In this document: piece by piece, positions 53,096-61,705 of the stretch | How positions within the stretch are numbered: position 1 is the first letter of the stretch | How the letters are laid out: each line of letters opens with the position of its first letter | Assembly (NCBI GenBank): GCA_035474955.1 | Contig: DATIMV010000030.1 | Location: 4,207 to 68,206, forward strand | Reading direction: 5' to 3' | Origin: Solirubrobacterales bacterium | Lineage (GTDB): Bacteria; Actinomycetota; Thermoleophilia; Solirubrobacterales; 70-9 | Length of the DNA: 64,000 nucleotides | Position numbers and translations under genes: made by a program | The notes under the pieces: generated by a model | What the model was told of the DNA's origin: nothing | Seen by the model: the letters and a program-made list of their open reading frames with translations, nothing else | The model's database searches: none

Positions 53096-54937
53096 GTGAG
53101 CGAGTCGACTTCCCTCTACCGCCGCCATCGCCCGGGTTCCTTCGACGAGGTCGTGGGCCAGACCCACGTCGTCCGCACCCTGCGCAACGCGGTCGAGCAG
53201 GGCAAGGTCCACCACGCCTACCTCTTCGTCGGCTCCCGCGGCACCGGCAAGACCTCGATGGCGAAGATCCTCGCCCGCTCGCTGAACTGCGAGCGCGGTG
53301 GCCCGACCGTCACCCCCTGCGGCGAATGCGAGTCCTGCGTGACGATCGCCGCCGGCACCTCGGTCGACGTGATCGAGATGGACGCGGCCTCGAACCGCTC
53401 GGTCGACGACGTCCGCGACCTCCGAGAGCGGGTCGCCTACGCCCCCGCCGGCGGCCACTGGAAGGTCTACATCCTCGACGAGGCGCACATGCTGACCAAA
53501 GAGGCTTGGAACGCCTTCCTGAAGACGCTCGAGGAGCCGCCGCCGAACACCGTCTTCGTCCTCGCCACCACCGAGTCGCACAAGGTGATGGCGACGATCG
53601 CCGACCGCTGCCAGCGCTTCGACTTCCAGCGCCCCTCGCTGGAGCAGATCTCCGAGGTGCTGACCCGGGTCGCCGCCACCGAGCAAATTGAGGTCGACGA
53701 GGGGGCGGTGGCGATGATCGCCCGCTCGGCCTCGGGCAGCTTCCGCGATGCCCTTGGCACTCTCGACCAGCTGGTCGCCTTCGGCGGCAACCACGTCAAG
53801 CTCGAAGACGTGCTGGAGATGCTCGGCGCCGCTGACGCCGACCTCCTCTTCGAGGCGGTCGATGCGGTGGTCGCCGAGGACCCCAAGGGCGTCCTGCTCG
53901 GGGTCGAGAGGATGGCCCGCTCCGGTCGCGACCCCTCGCAGTTCGCCCGCGACCTCCTCGCCCACCTGCGCCATCTGCTGATCACCCAGACGACCGGCGA
54001 AGTCCCGACCGGCTTCGTGGTAACCGCCACCGACACCGCCCGCATGCAGGCCCAGGCCACTGCGATCCGCCCCGGCAACCTTGTCCGCACGATCGACGAG
54101 CTCGCGGATGCCCTCACCGCCGTCCGCGAGGGCGACGACGCCCGCCTGGCCGTCGAGATCGCGCTGCTCAAGGCTGCCCGTCCGGATCTCGACCCGGACA
54201 CCGCTGGGCTGCTGAGGAGGATCGAGCGACTGGAGCAGCAGGACGGAGGCGCCCGGCCCGCGGGCCCTGTCTCCGGTACGTCCCTCTCGCCTGCCGGCGA
54301 GAGTCCCGCACCGTCGCCACCCGGGGCAGATCCGCCCCCAGCAGACGACCCACCGATCGAACCTTCACCGAACGATCCCCCCGCTCCGGCCCCTCAGGAG
54401 GACCCCCCTCCCGCCGAAGAAGAAGAGGCTGAGGTTGCCCCGCCCCCCGAGTCTGAGCCGTCAGCGGAAGCCGCTCCTCCGGCGGGTGGCGACGATCGGG
54501 AGGACTCTCCCGGTAGGGAGAGCCCCCGATCGGAGACAGGACCCGCCGGCCAGAGCCCGCCCGCCCCCCCCGCGGAGCTGTCCCTCGACGAGATCCAGCG
54601 AGTCTGGCCCGCTGTCCTTCAGAAGCTGGAGGAGACCGCTCCGGCTCTCGCTGGTGCGCTCGAGGGCGCGCGGCCGGTCAGTTTCGGTGAGAGCGGACTC
54701 GAGGTGGGCTTCCCCCCCGACATGACCTTCCTGAAGAAAAACGCCGACAGCCCAGAGAAGCGAGACACGGTGGCCGCTGCCTTTGCTGCCGTGACCGGCA
54801 CGGGGTTGCGGCCCACTTATGTGGTGCTGGACGGAGAGGCGCCGCCGGATACGCCGGCGCCGGGTAGTGATCAGGTCAACGAGGAAGAGCTGCTGGAGCG
54901 GCTGAAGAGCGAGTTCGACGCGGAGGAGGTCGGTTAG
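53096..54937 (+). CDS. dnaX: DNA polymerase III subunit gamma/tau
   Basis: LYRRHRPGSFDEVVGQTHV, Walker A GSRGTGKTS, a zinc module CGECESC and an SRC-like region. Long Pro/Glu-rich linker containing repeat copy 2. Confidence 0.9.
   Translation: MSESTSLYRRHRPGSFDEVVGQTHVVRTLRNAVEQGKVHHAYLFVGSRGTGKTSMAKILARSLNCERGGPTVTPCGECESCVTIAAGTSVDVIEMDAASNRSVDDVRDLRERVAYAPAGGHWKVYILDEAHMLTKEAWNAFLKTLEEPPPNTVFVLATTESHKVMATIADRCQRFDFQRPSLEQISEVLTRVAATEQIEVDEGAVAMIARSASGSFRDALGTLDQLVAFGGNHVKLEDVLEMLGAADADLLFEAVDAVVAEDPKGVLLGVERMARSGRDPSQFARDLLAHLRHLLITQTTGEVPTGFVVTATDTARMQAQATAIRPGNLVRTIDELADALTAVREGDDARLAVEIALLKAARPDLDPDTAGLLRRIERLEQQDGGARPAGPVSGTSLSPAGESPAPSPPGADPPPADDPPIEPSPNDPPAPAPQEDPPPAEEEEAEVAPPPESEPSAEAAPPAGGDDREDSPGRESPRSETGPAGQSPPAPPAELSLDEIQRVWPAVLQKLEETAPALAGALEGARPVSFGESGLEVGFPPDMTFLKKNADSPEKRDTVAAAFAAVTGTGLRPTYVVLDGEAPPDTPAPGSDQVNEEELLERLKSEFDAEEVG
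54481..54556. repeat. 76-nt palindromic repeat element, copy 2 (in-frame in the DnaX linker)
   Basis: 74/76 nt identical to 26212-26287 and in the same codon phase. Encodes AGGDDREDSPGRESPRSETGPAGQS. Confidence 0.85.
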
Positions 54938-55285
54938 GTGGCACGAGGAGGCGGACCGGGAGGCTTTGACATCCAGGGTCTGATGAAACAGGCGCAGCAG
55001 ATGCAGGCCGAGATGCTGGAGGCGCAGGAGAAACTGAAAGACGAGGTCGTCGAGGCGAGCGCCGGTGGCGGCATGGTCAAAGTGAAGATGGGCGGCGACC
55101 TGACCCTGCGGGAGATCGTGATCGATCCCGAGGCGATCGACCCCGAGGAGGCGGAGCTGCTGCAGGAGATGGTCCAGGCGGCCGTCAACGAGGGTCTGCG
55201 CGCCGCACAGGAGCTGGCCAGCTCGAAAATGGGCGGGATCACCGGGGGCGGCGACCTCGGCGGCCTGGGGGGCATGCTCGGTTGA
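54938..55285 (+). CDS. ybaB: YbaB/EbfC-family nucleoid-associated protein
   Basis: MKQAQQMQAEMLEAQEKL...GGGMVKVKMGGDL pattern. GTG directly after the dnaX stop. Confidence 0.85.
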   Translation: MARGGGPGGFDIQGLMKQAQQMQAEMLEAQEKLKDEVVEASAGGGMVKVKMGGDLTLREIVIDPEAIDPEEAELLQEMVQAAVNEGLRAAQELASSKMGGITGGGDLGGLGGMLG

Positions 55286-55881
55286 GCGAAGGCCCGGCAC
55301 CGCTCGCGCGCCTGGTCGCTGAGCTATCGCGGTTGCCGGGCATCGGCCAGCGGACCGCGCAGCGGCTCGCTTTCCACCTCCTGCGCGCGCCCGACGAAGA
55401 GGCCTTCGCCCTCGGCGACGCGATCCGCGAAGTGAAGGAGAAGGTCGGCCTCTGCGAGGAATGCTTCAACCTCGCCGAGGGTCCGCTCTGCCGGATCTGC
55501 GCCGACCAGAACCGGGATCGGGCGACGATCTGCGTCGTCGAGGAGCCCGCCGACGTGATCCCGATCGAGCGCACCCACGAATACCGTGGGCTCTACCACG
55601 TGCTCGGCGGCGCGCTGTCGCCGATCGACGGAGTCGACGCCGAAGACCTGAAGATCGGTGAGCTGCGGCGACGGGTCGAGCGCGGCGGCATCGACGAGGT
55701 GGTGCTGGCGACCAACCCCACCACCACCGGTGAGGCGACCGCTCTCCACATCGCCGACATGCTGCGCGGGCAGGTGACGGTGACGCGGCTGGCCAGCGGC
55801 CTGCCGGTCGGCGCGGACCTCGAGCACGCCGACGAGGTGACCCTGGGCAAGGCCCTCGCGGGCCGAAGAAGCCTGGAATAA
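55282..55881 (+). CDS. recR: recombination protein RecR
   Basis: LPGIGQRTAQRLAFHLL HhH motif, Cys4 zinc finger (CEECFNL...CRIC) and a Toprim domain. TTG start overlaps the ybaB stop. Confidence 0.9.
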   Translation: MSEGPAPLARLVAELSRLPGIGQRTAQRLAFHLLRAPDEEAFALGDAIREVKEKVGLCEECFNLAEGPLCRICADQNRDRATICVVEEPADVIPIERTHEYRGLYHVLGGALSPIDGVDAEDLKIGELRRRVERGGIDEVVLATNPTTTGEATALHIADMLRGQVTVTRLASGLPVGADLEHADEVTLGKALAGRRSLE

Positions 55882-55973
55882 GCGGGACTGAACATCCGTC
55901 CTGGACGACTGTCACCTCGCAAATAGCGGCTTTTTGAGAATCGATTGTCCGGCGCCTTCGCCAAGGTCACTGT

Positions 55974-56708
55974 GTGCCCGACCAACCTCAAGCGGATCGC
56001 CGCCGGGAAGACCGTTCGCCCTCTGGCCGGCTCGCCCTCAAGGTCTCCCAGCTGCACGCCGATCTCTTAGGCAGCTTGCACGAGGAGATTGGGACCAATG
56101 GAGTGGACTTCGCCCAAGCGGCGCAGCGGCTGGCTGGAGAGTTCGGCTCGGTAACCGCTGCGGCAATCGAGGCCGCTGAGGGAAGCCCCCCGGTCCCATC
56201 CAACGGCCACGCCCTCGAAGGGCAGCTCGAAGAACTTCCCAGCCTCTACCAGCCAGGTCATATGCGCCGGCGGTTGGAGCAACTGTTGGAGACGAACCGC
56301 CGCTACGGCCATCCCTTCGGTCTCGCCGTCTTCGACGCTTCCGGGCCCGGGGTCCGTCCCGGCGACGCTGCCGGCGGGCAGGAGACGGTGCTCTCGATCG
56401 TTGGCGCCGCCCTCCGCGACAGCATCCGCATCGTCGACGAATGCTTCCGCCTCGAGGAGGACGCGCTCTGCGTTCTCGCCCCCTGCATCGGCACGGTGGA
56501 AGGGGTGCAGATGTGCGAGCGGCTGCTGGGTCAGCTCGACGACCTGGAGCGGGCGGGGGGGCTGCGAATCTCGGTCTCAGCCGGAGTCGTCGCCTGTCCG
56601 GACCATGGCACCGATGCCGAGGAGCTTCTGCACAAGGCCGACGCGGCAATGTGGAGAGCTCGGGCCCTGGGGCAGCCGGTGGGCGTCGGCGCTTTGCAAG
56701 ATCGCTGA
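55974..56708 (+). CDS. degenerate GGDEF-domain protein (A-site lost, RxxD I-site retained)
   Basis: GGDEF-fold landmarks are present (NRRYGHPFGLAVFD, SVSAGVVAC..., LLHKADAAMWRAR). Where GG(D/E)EF is expected, the sequence reads RIVDECFRLEEDAL. Confidence 0.7.
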   Translation: MPDQPQADRRREDRSPSGRLALKVSQLHADLLGSLHEEIGTNGVDFAQAAQRLAGEFGSVTAAAIEAAEGSPPVPSNGHALEGQLEELPSLYQPGHMRRRLEQLLETNRRYGHPFGLAVFDASGPGVRPGDAAGGQETVLSIVGAALRDSIRIVDECFRLEEDALCVLAPCIGTVEGVQMCERLLGQLDDLERAGGLRISVSAGVVACPDHGTDAEELLHKADAAMWRARALGQPVGVGALQDR

Positions 56709-56808
56709 CAGATCCCCGTAAATCCGTCCAAAAGCTCCATCCCTGGTGGGAGAATCTGCGGGCGCTGTCGAATAGACACGCAGTCCACCGATTCACGTTC
56801 TTTATCCG

Positions 56809-57648
56809 ATGCCAGGAATCCGCACCAACGCCGCCGCCGAAGTTCTGGGCGTAAGCCCCAACACCCTGCGTAGTTGGGAGCGTCGCTACGGCTACCCGAC
56901 GCCGAAGCGGACCGTCGGCAACCACCGCAACTACGAGCTGCTCGAGCTGCAGGCGTTGCGCGACGCCCTCGCCGAGACGGGCAACATCTCCTCGGCGATC
57001 GAGCTGGCGCGCCAGCGTCAGGCCGCGCCGGCCAGCGACGACAGCCTTCTCAGCGCCTTCGAGAGCTTCGACGAGCCCGCCGCCGACCGCGCGGTCGAGG
57101 AGAGCCTCGCCCTGCGCTCATTGGAGCGCACGGTGGAGGAGCTGCTGCTGCCGGCGATCGACAAGCTTGCCGCCGACCCCGAGCGCGAGGCAGAGCTCGA
57201 GTTCGCCTCCCGCTGGGCCACCGGCTGGCTCCACGGCGCCCGTCGCCTCGCCTCCACCGCGGCGCGACCGGCCGGGATCCTGCTGCTCGACTCCAGCCAC
57301 GGCCAGGGCGCCGAGGAGGTCTACACCCAAGCCCTCGACCTCGCCCTCCGCCGTGCCGGCTTCCGCGTCCTCGTCCTCTCCAACGAGCTCGGCGACGACC
57401 GCCTCGGCCGCGCCCTCGGTGCGCTCGACCCGACCGCGATCGTCCTCTGCGGCCCCGAGGCCGACACCCAGAGCGCCGTCAAGCTGGTCCGCAAGATCCG
57501 CGAGCTCGGCTTCGTCGCCCCGCTCTACGGCTTCCGCGCCGACGGCCTGATCGGCGCCGCCGTCCCCTCCGCGGGCAACCGCCCCAGCGAAGTCACCGGC
57601 ATGCTGAACGCTGATCTCCGCCGCCGGGCGTCCCAGGCTTTCGCCTAA
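56809..57648 (+). CDS. MerR-family regulator with a possible cobalamin-binding-like C-terminal domain
   Basis: N-terminal MerR HTH (AAEVLGVSPNTLRSWERRYGYP...HRNY). The C-terminal Rossmann-like part has LLDSSHGQGAEE (HxxG), reminiscent of LitR/CarH. Weak call. Confidence 0.7.
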   Translation: MPGIRTNAAAEVLGVSPNTLRSWERRYGYPTPKRTVGNHRNYELLELQALRDALAETGNISSAIELARQRQAAPASDDSLLSAFESFDEPAADRAVEESLALRSLERTVEELLLPAIDKLAADPEREAELEFASRWATGWLHGARRLASTAARPAGILLLDSSHGQGAEEVYTQALDLALRRAGFRVLVLSNELGDDRLGRALGALDPTAIVLCGPEADTQSAVKLVRKIRELGFVAPLYGFRADGLIGAAVPSAGNRPSEVTGMLNADLRRRASQAFA

Positions 57649-57686
57649 TCACCGAAACCGTGTCAGTGTCCGCATAGCGGCCCTTT

Positions 57687-59816
57687 TTACGGTCTCGCGG
57701 GGATCTCCGCGCTCTCGCTGATTCCCCAGCGTTCGTGCAGCCGCCGCAGCGGCGCCGGCGCCCACCAGTTCCACTTGCCGAGCAGCTCCATCAGCGAGGG
57801 GACGAGCAGGGCGCGGATGATGCTGGCGTCGATCAGGACGGCCAGGGCCGTGCCGACGCCGTTCTCCTTGATGAAGATGATCTCCGAGGTGGCGAAGGCG
57901 CCCATCGCGACCGCGAACAGGAGAGCCGCTGCGGTGACGATGCGGCCGGTCCGCTCCAGCCCGATCGCGACCGACTCCGACTCCGAGGCGCCGCTGTCGC
58001 GTGCCTCCTTGATCCGCGAGAGCAGGAAGACGGCGTAGTCGGTGGAGAGGCCGAAGGCGACGGCGAAGAGCAGGATCGGCATCGTCTGCTCGATCGCGCC
58101 GGGGCTGGAGTAGTCGAGGAAGCTCTCGAGCCGGCCGTCCTGGAAGATCAGCACCAGCAGGCCGAAGACGGCGCTGAGGTTGAGGAAGTTCATGATCAGC
58201 GACTTGATCGGCAAGATCACCGAGCCGGTCATCAGGAAGAGGATCACCAGCGTCGAGAGGATCACGATCGCGAGGGCGATCGGCAGGTGCTCCTCGAGGC
58301 TCGACTGGAAGTCGACGAAGTCGGCGGTGGCGCCGCCGACCAGGACGGTCGCGCCGGGAGGTGCCGACAGAGCGCGGATCGCCTTCACCGTCTCCTGGCT
58401 TTCGTCGGAGACGAAGGGATGGGCGGAGGTCACCTGCAGCGCCGTCACCCCTGACGTCAGTTGCTGCGGCGGCGCCACCTCGGCGACGCCGTCGACCTTG
58501 CGCACCTGCGCCGCGAACCCCGCCGCCCCCGGCTTCCCCTCGTAGGCAATCCAGATCGGGGTGTCGTGGTAGGGCGGGAACTCCTCGCTGACGGTGTCGT
58601 AGGCGACGCGCGCGCTCGCCGACTCCGGCAGCACGGTCGGGTCGACGGTGTTGAACTTGATCTGCAGGAAGGGGAGGCCGAGCACGATCAGAAACAGCGC
58701 GCTGAGGGTCGCGACCGGGATCGGCCGCCGCATCACGAAGCGGGAGAGCCGGTACCAGAAGCCCTCGTGCGCCGGCCGCGCGTCGGCCTCGGCGCGGCGC
58801 TGGAGGAACTTCGGCGCCCCGGCGTTGACCCGGTTGCCGAGCAGGGTCAGCACCGCCGGCAGCACGGACAGCGAGATCAGCGCCGCGAACAGCGCCACCA
58901 GCGCTCCGCCCAGCCCCATCGAGTAGAGGAAGCGCTGGGGGAAGACCAGCAGCGAGGCCATCGCCGCCGCCACCGTCAGCGAGGAGAAGAAGACGGTCCG
59001 CCCCGAGGTGGCCAGCACCCGTCGCATCGCTTCCAGCCCCGGCCCGCGCTGAGCGATCTCCTCGCGGTAGCGGGAGACGATGAAGAGGCTGTAGTCGATC
59101 GCCAGCCCCAGCCCCAGCGCCGTGGTCAGGTTGAGGGCGAAGATCGAGATCGAGCCGAATTCGCTCGCCACTCGCAGGATGAGGAAAGTGCCGACGATCG
59201 CCAGGGCGCCGATCATCAGCGGCAGCAGCGCGGCGACCAGGCTGCGGAAGAAGAGCAGCGAGAGCAGGAAGAGCAGGGGGAAGGCGAGCAGCTCCGCCTT
59301 TTTCAGGTCTTCCTCGACCTGCTTGTTGACCTGCTCCTGGGCGACCGCCGGACCGCCGGCGAGGACGCCGGGCTGGGAGGAGAGCTCATCGGCGATCTCG
59401 GCGCCGGCCTCCTGCCACGCCTTGTCCTCGGTCGGCTTCAGCGCCACCGCGAAGTAGGTGGACTGGCCGTCGCGCGAGACGAATGCCCGCGAGCCGGTGT
59501 CGTAGTAGCCGGTGACGGAGGCGACGTCGGGACGCTTCCTGACCTCCTGCTCGAGCGCCATCACCCGCTGCTTGGTGGCGGGATCGGCGAGCGGCGCGTC
59601 CTGAACGACAGCGATCACCGCCGTCCCCCGCAGGCCCGCTTCCTCCAGCCGGTCCGTCGCCTTCACCGTCTCGGTGTCGGGGTCGTCGGCGCCGTAGGGG
59701 TCGAGCCGGTCGGCGACCGAGCCGCCGACCGCGCCCGCGAGCAGGAAGAAGACGATCGCGGAGAGGCCGACCCGCTTGGCCCTTCTATTTGCGAGTGTGG
59801 CGAGAGAGTCGAACAT
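57687..59816 (-). CDS. MMPL-family (RND superfamily) transporter
   Basis: ATG 59816 (MFDSLATLANRRAKRVG...). About 710 aa with two 6-TM bundles and two periplasmic loops. Has the GLAIDYSLFIVSRYRE and GLSTDYAVFLLSRIKE repeat motifs. Confidence 0.85.
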   Translation of the reverse strand: MFDSLATLANRRAKRVGLSAIVFFLLAGAVGGSVADRLDPYGADDPDTETVKATDRLEEAGLRGTAVIAVVQDAPLADPATKQRVMALEQEVRKRPDVASVTGYYDTGSRAFVSRDGQSTYFAVALKPTEDKAWQEAGAEIADELSSQPGVLAGGPAVAQEQVNKQVEEDLKKAELLAFPLLFLLSLLFFRSLVAALLPLMIGALAIVGTFLILRVASEFGSISIFALNLTTALGLGLAIDYSLFIVSRYREEIAQRGPGLEAMRRVLATSGRTVFFSSLTVAAAMASLLVFPQRFLYSMGLGGALVALFAALISLSVLPAVLTLLGNRVNAGAPKFLQRRAEADARPAHEGFWYRLSRFVMRRPIPVATLSALFLIVLGLPFLQIKFNTVDPTVLPESASARVAYDTVSEEFPPYHDTPIWIAYEGKPGAAGFAAQVRKVDGVAEVAPPQQLTSGVTALQVTSAHPFVSDESQETVKAIRALSAPPGATVLVGGATADFVDFQSSLEEHLPIALAIVILSTLVILFLMTGSVILPIKSLIMNFLNLSAVFGLLVLIFQDGRLESFLDYSSPGAIEQTMPILLFAVAFGLSTDYAVFLLSRIKEARDSGASESESVAIGLERTGRIVTAAALLFAVAMGAFATSEIIFIKENGVGTALAVLIDASIIRALLVPSLMELLGKWNWWAPAPLRRLHERWGISESAEIPARP

Positions 59817-60370
59817 CAGTTGCTCCTTTCCTCGAGAGCGGAGTCGAGGATTCGGGCCTCCATCCGCTCGCACCAGTCGGCAAACCACTCGCTGAACTCG
59901 AGCCCGCCTTCCAGCACGATCAGGGGGAAGGGGTCCTCGACTTCACCGCTCAGCTTCAAGTCTTTGATTGCCTGCAACTGCTGGTGGGCGGCGAGCCGCC
60001 GCGCCCGCATCTCGCGCAGGATTACCAGCGCCTCCTCGCGCGGCAGCGCATCGGCGAAGAACAGCTTCAGCAGCCCTTCGTCGCGCATCTCGAAGACGTC
60101 GGGCCGCTGCCGCAGCCAGCTCCGCAGCTCCTCCTCGCCGTCGGCGGTGATCTCGTACACCGTCCGCTTGCGCCCGCCGGTGGGGGAGTCGGAGCCGACG
60201 ATCAACCCCGCCTCCGCGAGCCGTTTCAGCTCGGGGTAGATCTGCCCGTAGCTCGCCGCCCAGAAGAACCGGGTCGAGTTGTCGACCAGGGCTTTGATCT
60301 CGTAGCCGGACTTGGGCCCTTTGCGGACGAACCCGAGGATCACGTAGGCGGTGGCGCTCAGCGTCTCCAT
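59816..60370 (-). CDS. PadR-family transcriptional regulator
   Basis: YVILGFVRKGPKSGYEIKALVDNSTRFFWAASYGQIYPELKRLAEAGLI. The stop shares one base with the MMPL start. Confidence 0.85.
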   Translation of the reverse strand: METLSATAYVILGFVRKGPKSGYEIKALVDNSTRFFWAASYGQIYPELKRLAEAGLIVGSDSPTGGRKRTVYEITADGEEELRSWLRQRPDVFEMRDEGLLKLFFADALPREEALVILREMRARRLAAHQQLQAIKDLKLSGEVEDPFPLIVLEGGLEFSEWFADWCERMEARILDSALEERSN

Positions 60371-60381
60371 ATCTCTGGCTT

Positions 60382-60400
60382 ATATATCTAACAGATATAT
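60382..60400. promoter_or_regulatory. AT-rich palindrome upstream of padR (candidate PadR operator / promoter)
   Basis: ATATATCT-AAC-AGATATAT has perfect 8-bp arms. It lies 12-30 bp upstream of the padR ATG. Confidence 0.45.
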
Positions 60401-60465
60401 CGAGAAGTGTGATTACGATCACGCTCTCCGGCCGCCGCCGGAGTCGATCGATCTGTCCAGAGATG

Positions 60466-60495
60466 CGAGAGGGCCGGGAAAGATCCCGGCCCTCT
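60466..60495 (-). terminator. 13-bp perfect-stem hairpin downstream of the low-GC secreted-protein gene
   Basis: GAGAGGGCCGGGA-aaga-TCCCGGCCCTCTC lies 45 bp after the stop at 60540. There is no U-tract (I-shaped terminator type). Confidence 0.55.
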
Positions 60496-60539
60496 CTCGG
60501 CAGAGGCCTGCCGCGATGCGGCGCCTCGTGTGTATGGCT

Positions 60540-61143
60540 TTAGTCGATCGAGATGCTCGTGCCTCCGCTTACCGGTTTAGCGGTGACTGCCGATTCCTGG
60601 GTGTATTCAGCGCCTTCTTTTTCGCCGGTCCCGCTGAAGGGGCACAGGAACCCATCTTTTGTGACGTTGTATTTGATTTTTTTGGCGGTGGCGAAGATGT
60701 CCAGCCAGGGGCTGTTGTTGGTGAATTTGACCCCTGTCAGGTTGTTCTGCGGCGGAACGTCTACCACGCAGTTACCGGCTGTAATTTCTATTACTTTGGT
60801 CGGGGGGCACCCGATATCGATTTTCTCGTTGCTGTACATGATGTACCAGCATCCGTTCACATGCACCGTTGCGCTGACGAACCCGAAGGCTTTGCATTCG
60901 GTGTAGGTCGGGAATATTTTGATCGAGGTCGAGGCTTCCGACAAAGTGCCTTCGAAATGACCAGCGCATTCGACGGTGCCGCCTTCCGTCGTGAAGATGT
61001 CGTTGCCGAGAGGGCTGGTCGCTGTGACCGTGGTCGGGTACGAGCTCGCTGTGAATTGCGCTTGGGCCGCGGAGGCGACGACTGCGCTCATCGCGAGGAC
61101 GGCGACCAGAGTCGGCCCCAAGATCTTGAGTTTGCGAATCATT
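60540..61143 (-). CDS. orphan secreted Cys-containing protein encoded in a low-GC patch
   Basis: ATG 61143 preceded by AGGGAG. Signal peptide MIRKLKILGPTLVAVLAMSAVVASAAQA. About 50% GC by eye. No recognisable domain. The rest of the 387-aa track ORF is a non-coding extension. Confidence 0.6.
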
Positions 61144-61415
61144 TGAATCTCCCTTTCTTGTTGCGTGATGCCGCTCCCCGAGTTTGTTGGGGAGCTGACC
61201 CGCAGGTCAAGAAATATTGGGCGTTGCTCTACTTGCGGTGATCCGGCTTCCAGAATTCTCCTGCAAGCACAGTGCGGCACAGATCTGTGATGCACGGAGC
61301 CGCGCACGCAGCAAAGGGCCTCAGGTGGGATGCCCGTCCGCGGAAGCAGGCGGGTGGAGTGCGATCCCGTAAGGTCAGCGGTCCATGTTCGAAGGCGAGG
61401 AGAGAGGAGCTTGGG

Positions 61416-61652
61416 ATGTCGCTTGACCAGAGCAAGGTCGGCCGGGTCGTGGCCGAACAGATGGAGGCGATCGAGAACGACTACGGCGACGACTGCGAAA
61501 TCGGCGACGTCTGCACGATCGTCGAGGTGGTCGGTCCGCACGGCTCGCACGTGCGGGTGCGCAGCAGCGACATGCGTCCCCACAGCGGCCTCGGCCTGAT
61601 CCGGATGGCCGAACAGGCGATGCTCGGCAACCTCGGAGGCGCGGCCGAGTAG
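61416..61652 (+). CDS. small acidic hypothetical protein (78 aa)
   Basis: Strong RBS (GAGGAGAGAGGAG) upstream of ATG 61416. GC3-rich codons. A short hairpin follows the stop. Confidence 0.55.
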   Translation: MSLDQSKVGRVVAEQMEAIENDYGDDCEIGDVCTIVEVVGPHGSHVRVRSSDMRPHSGLGLIRMAEQAMLGNLGGAAE

Positions 61653-61705
61653 GAGCCCTCCCGAGGGAGGGGCCCCAACCGGTTCCCGACTATCCTCAGA
61701 CATCG

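Noticed and set aside
53096-54937. Programmed frameshift site in dnaX (E. coli-type A AAA AAG slippery heptamer) for gamma-subunit production.
   Set aside because: I saw no slippery A-rich heptamer in the linker region. The gene is too GC-rich for the classical signal. Only the repeat-element hairpin is noted separately.
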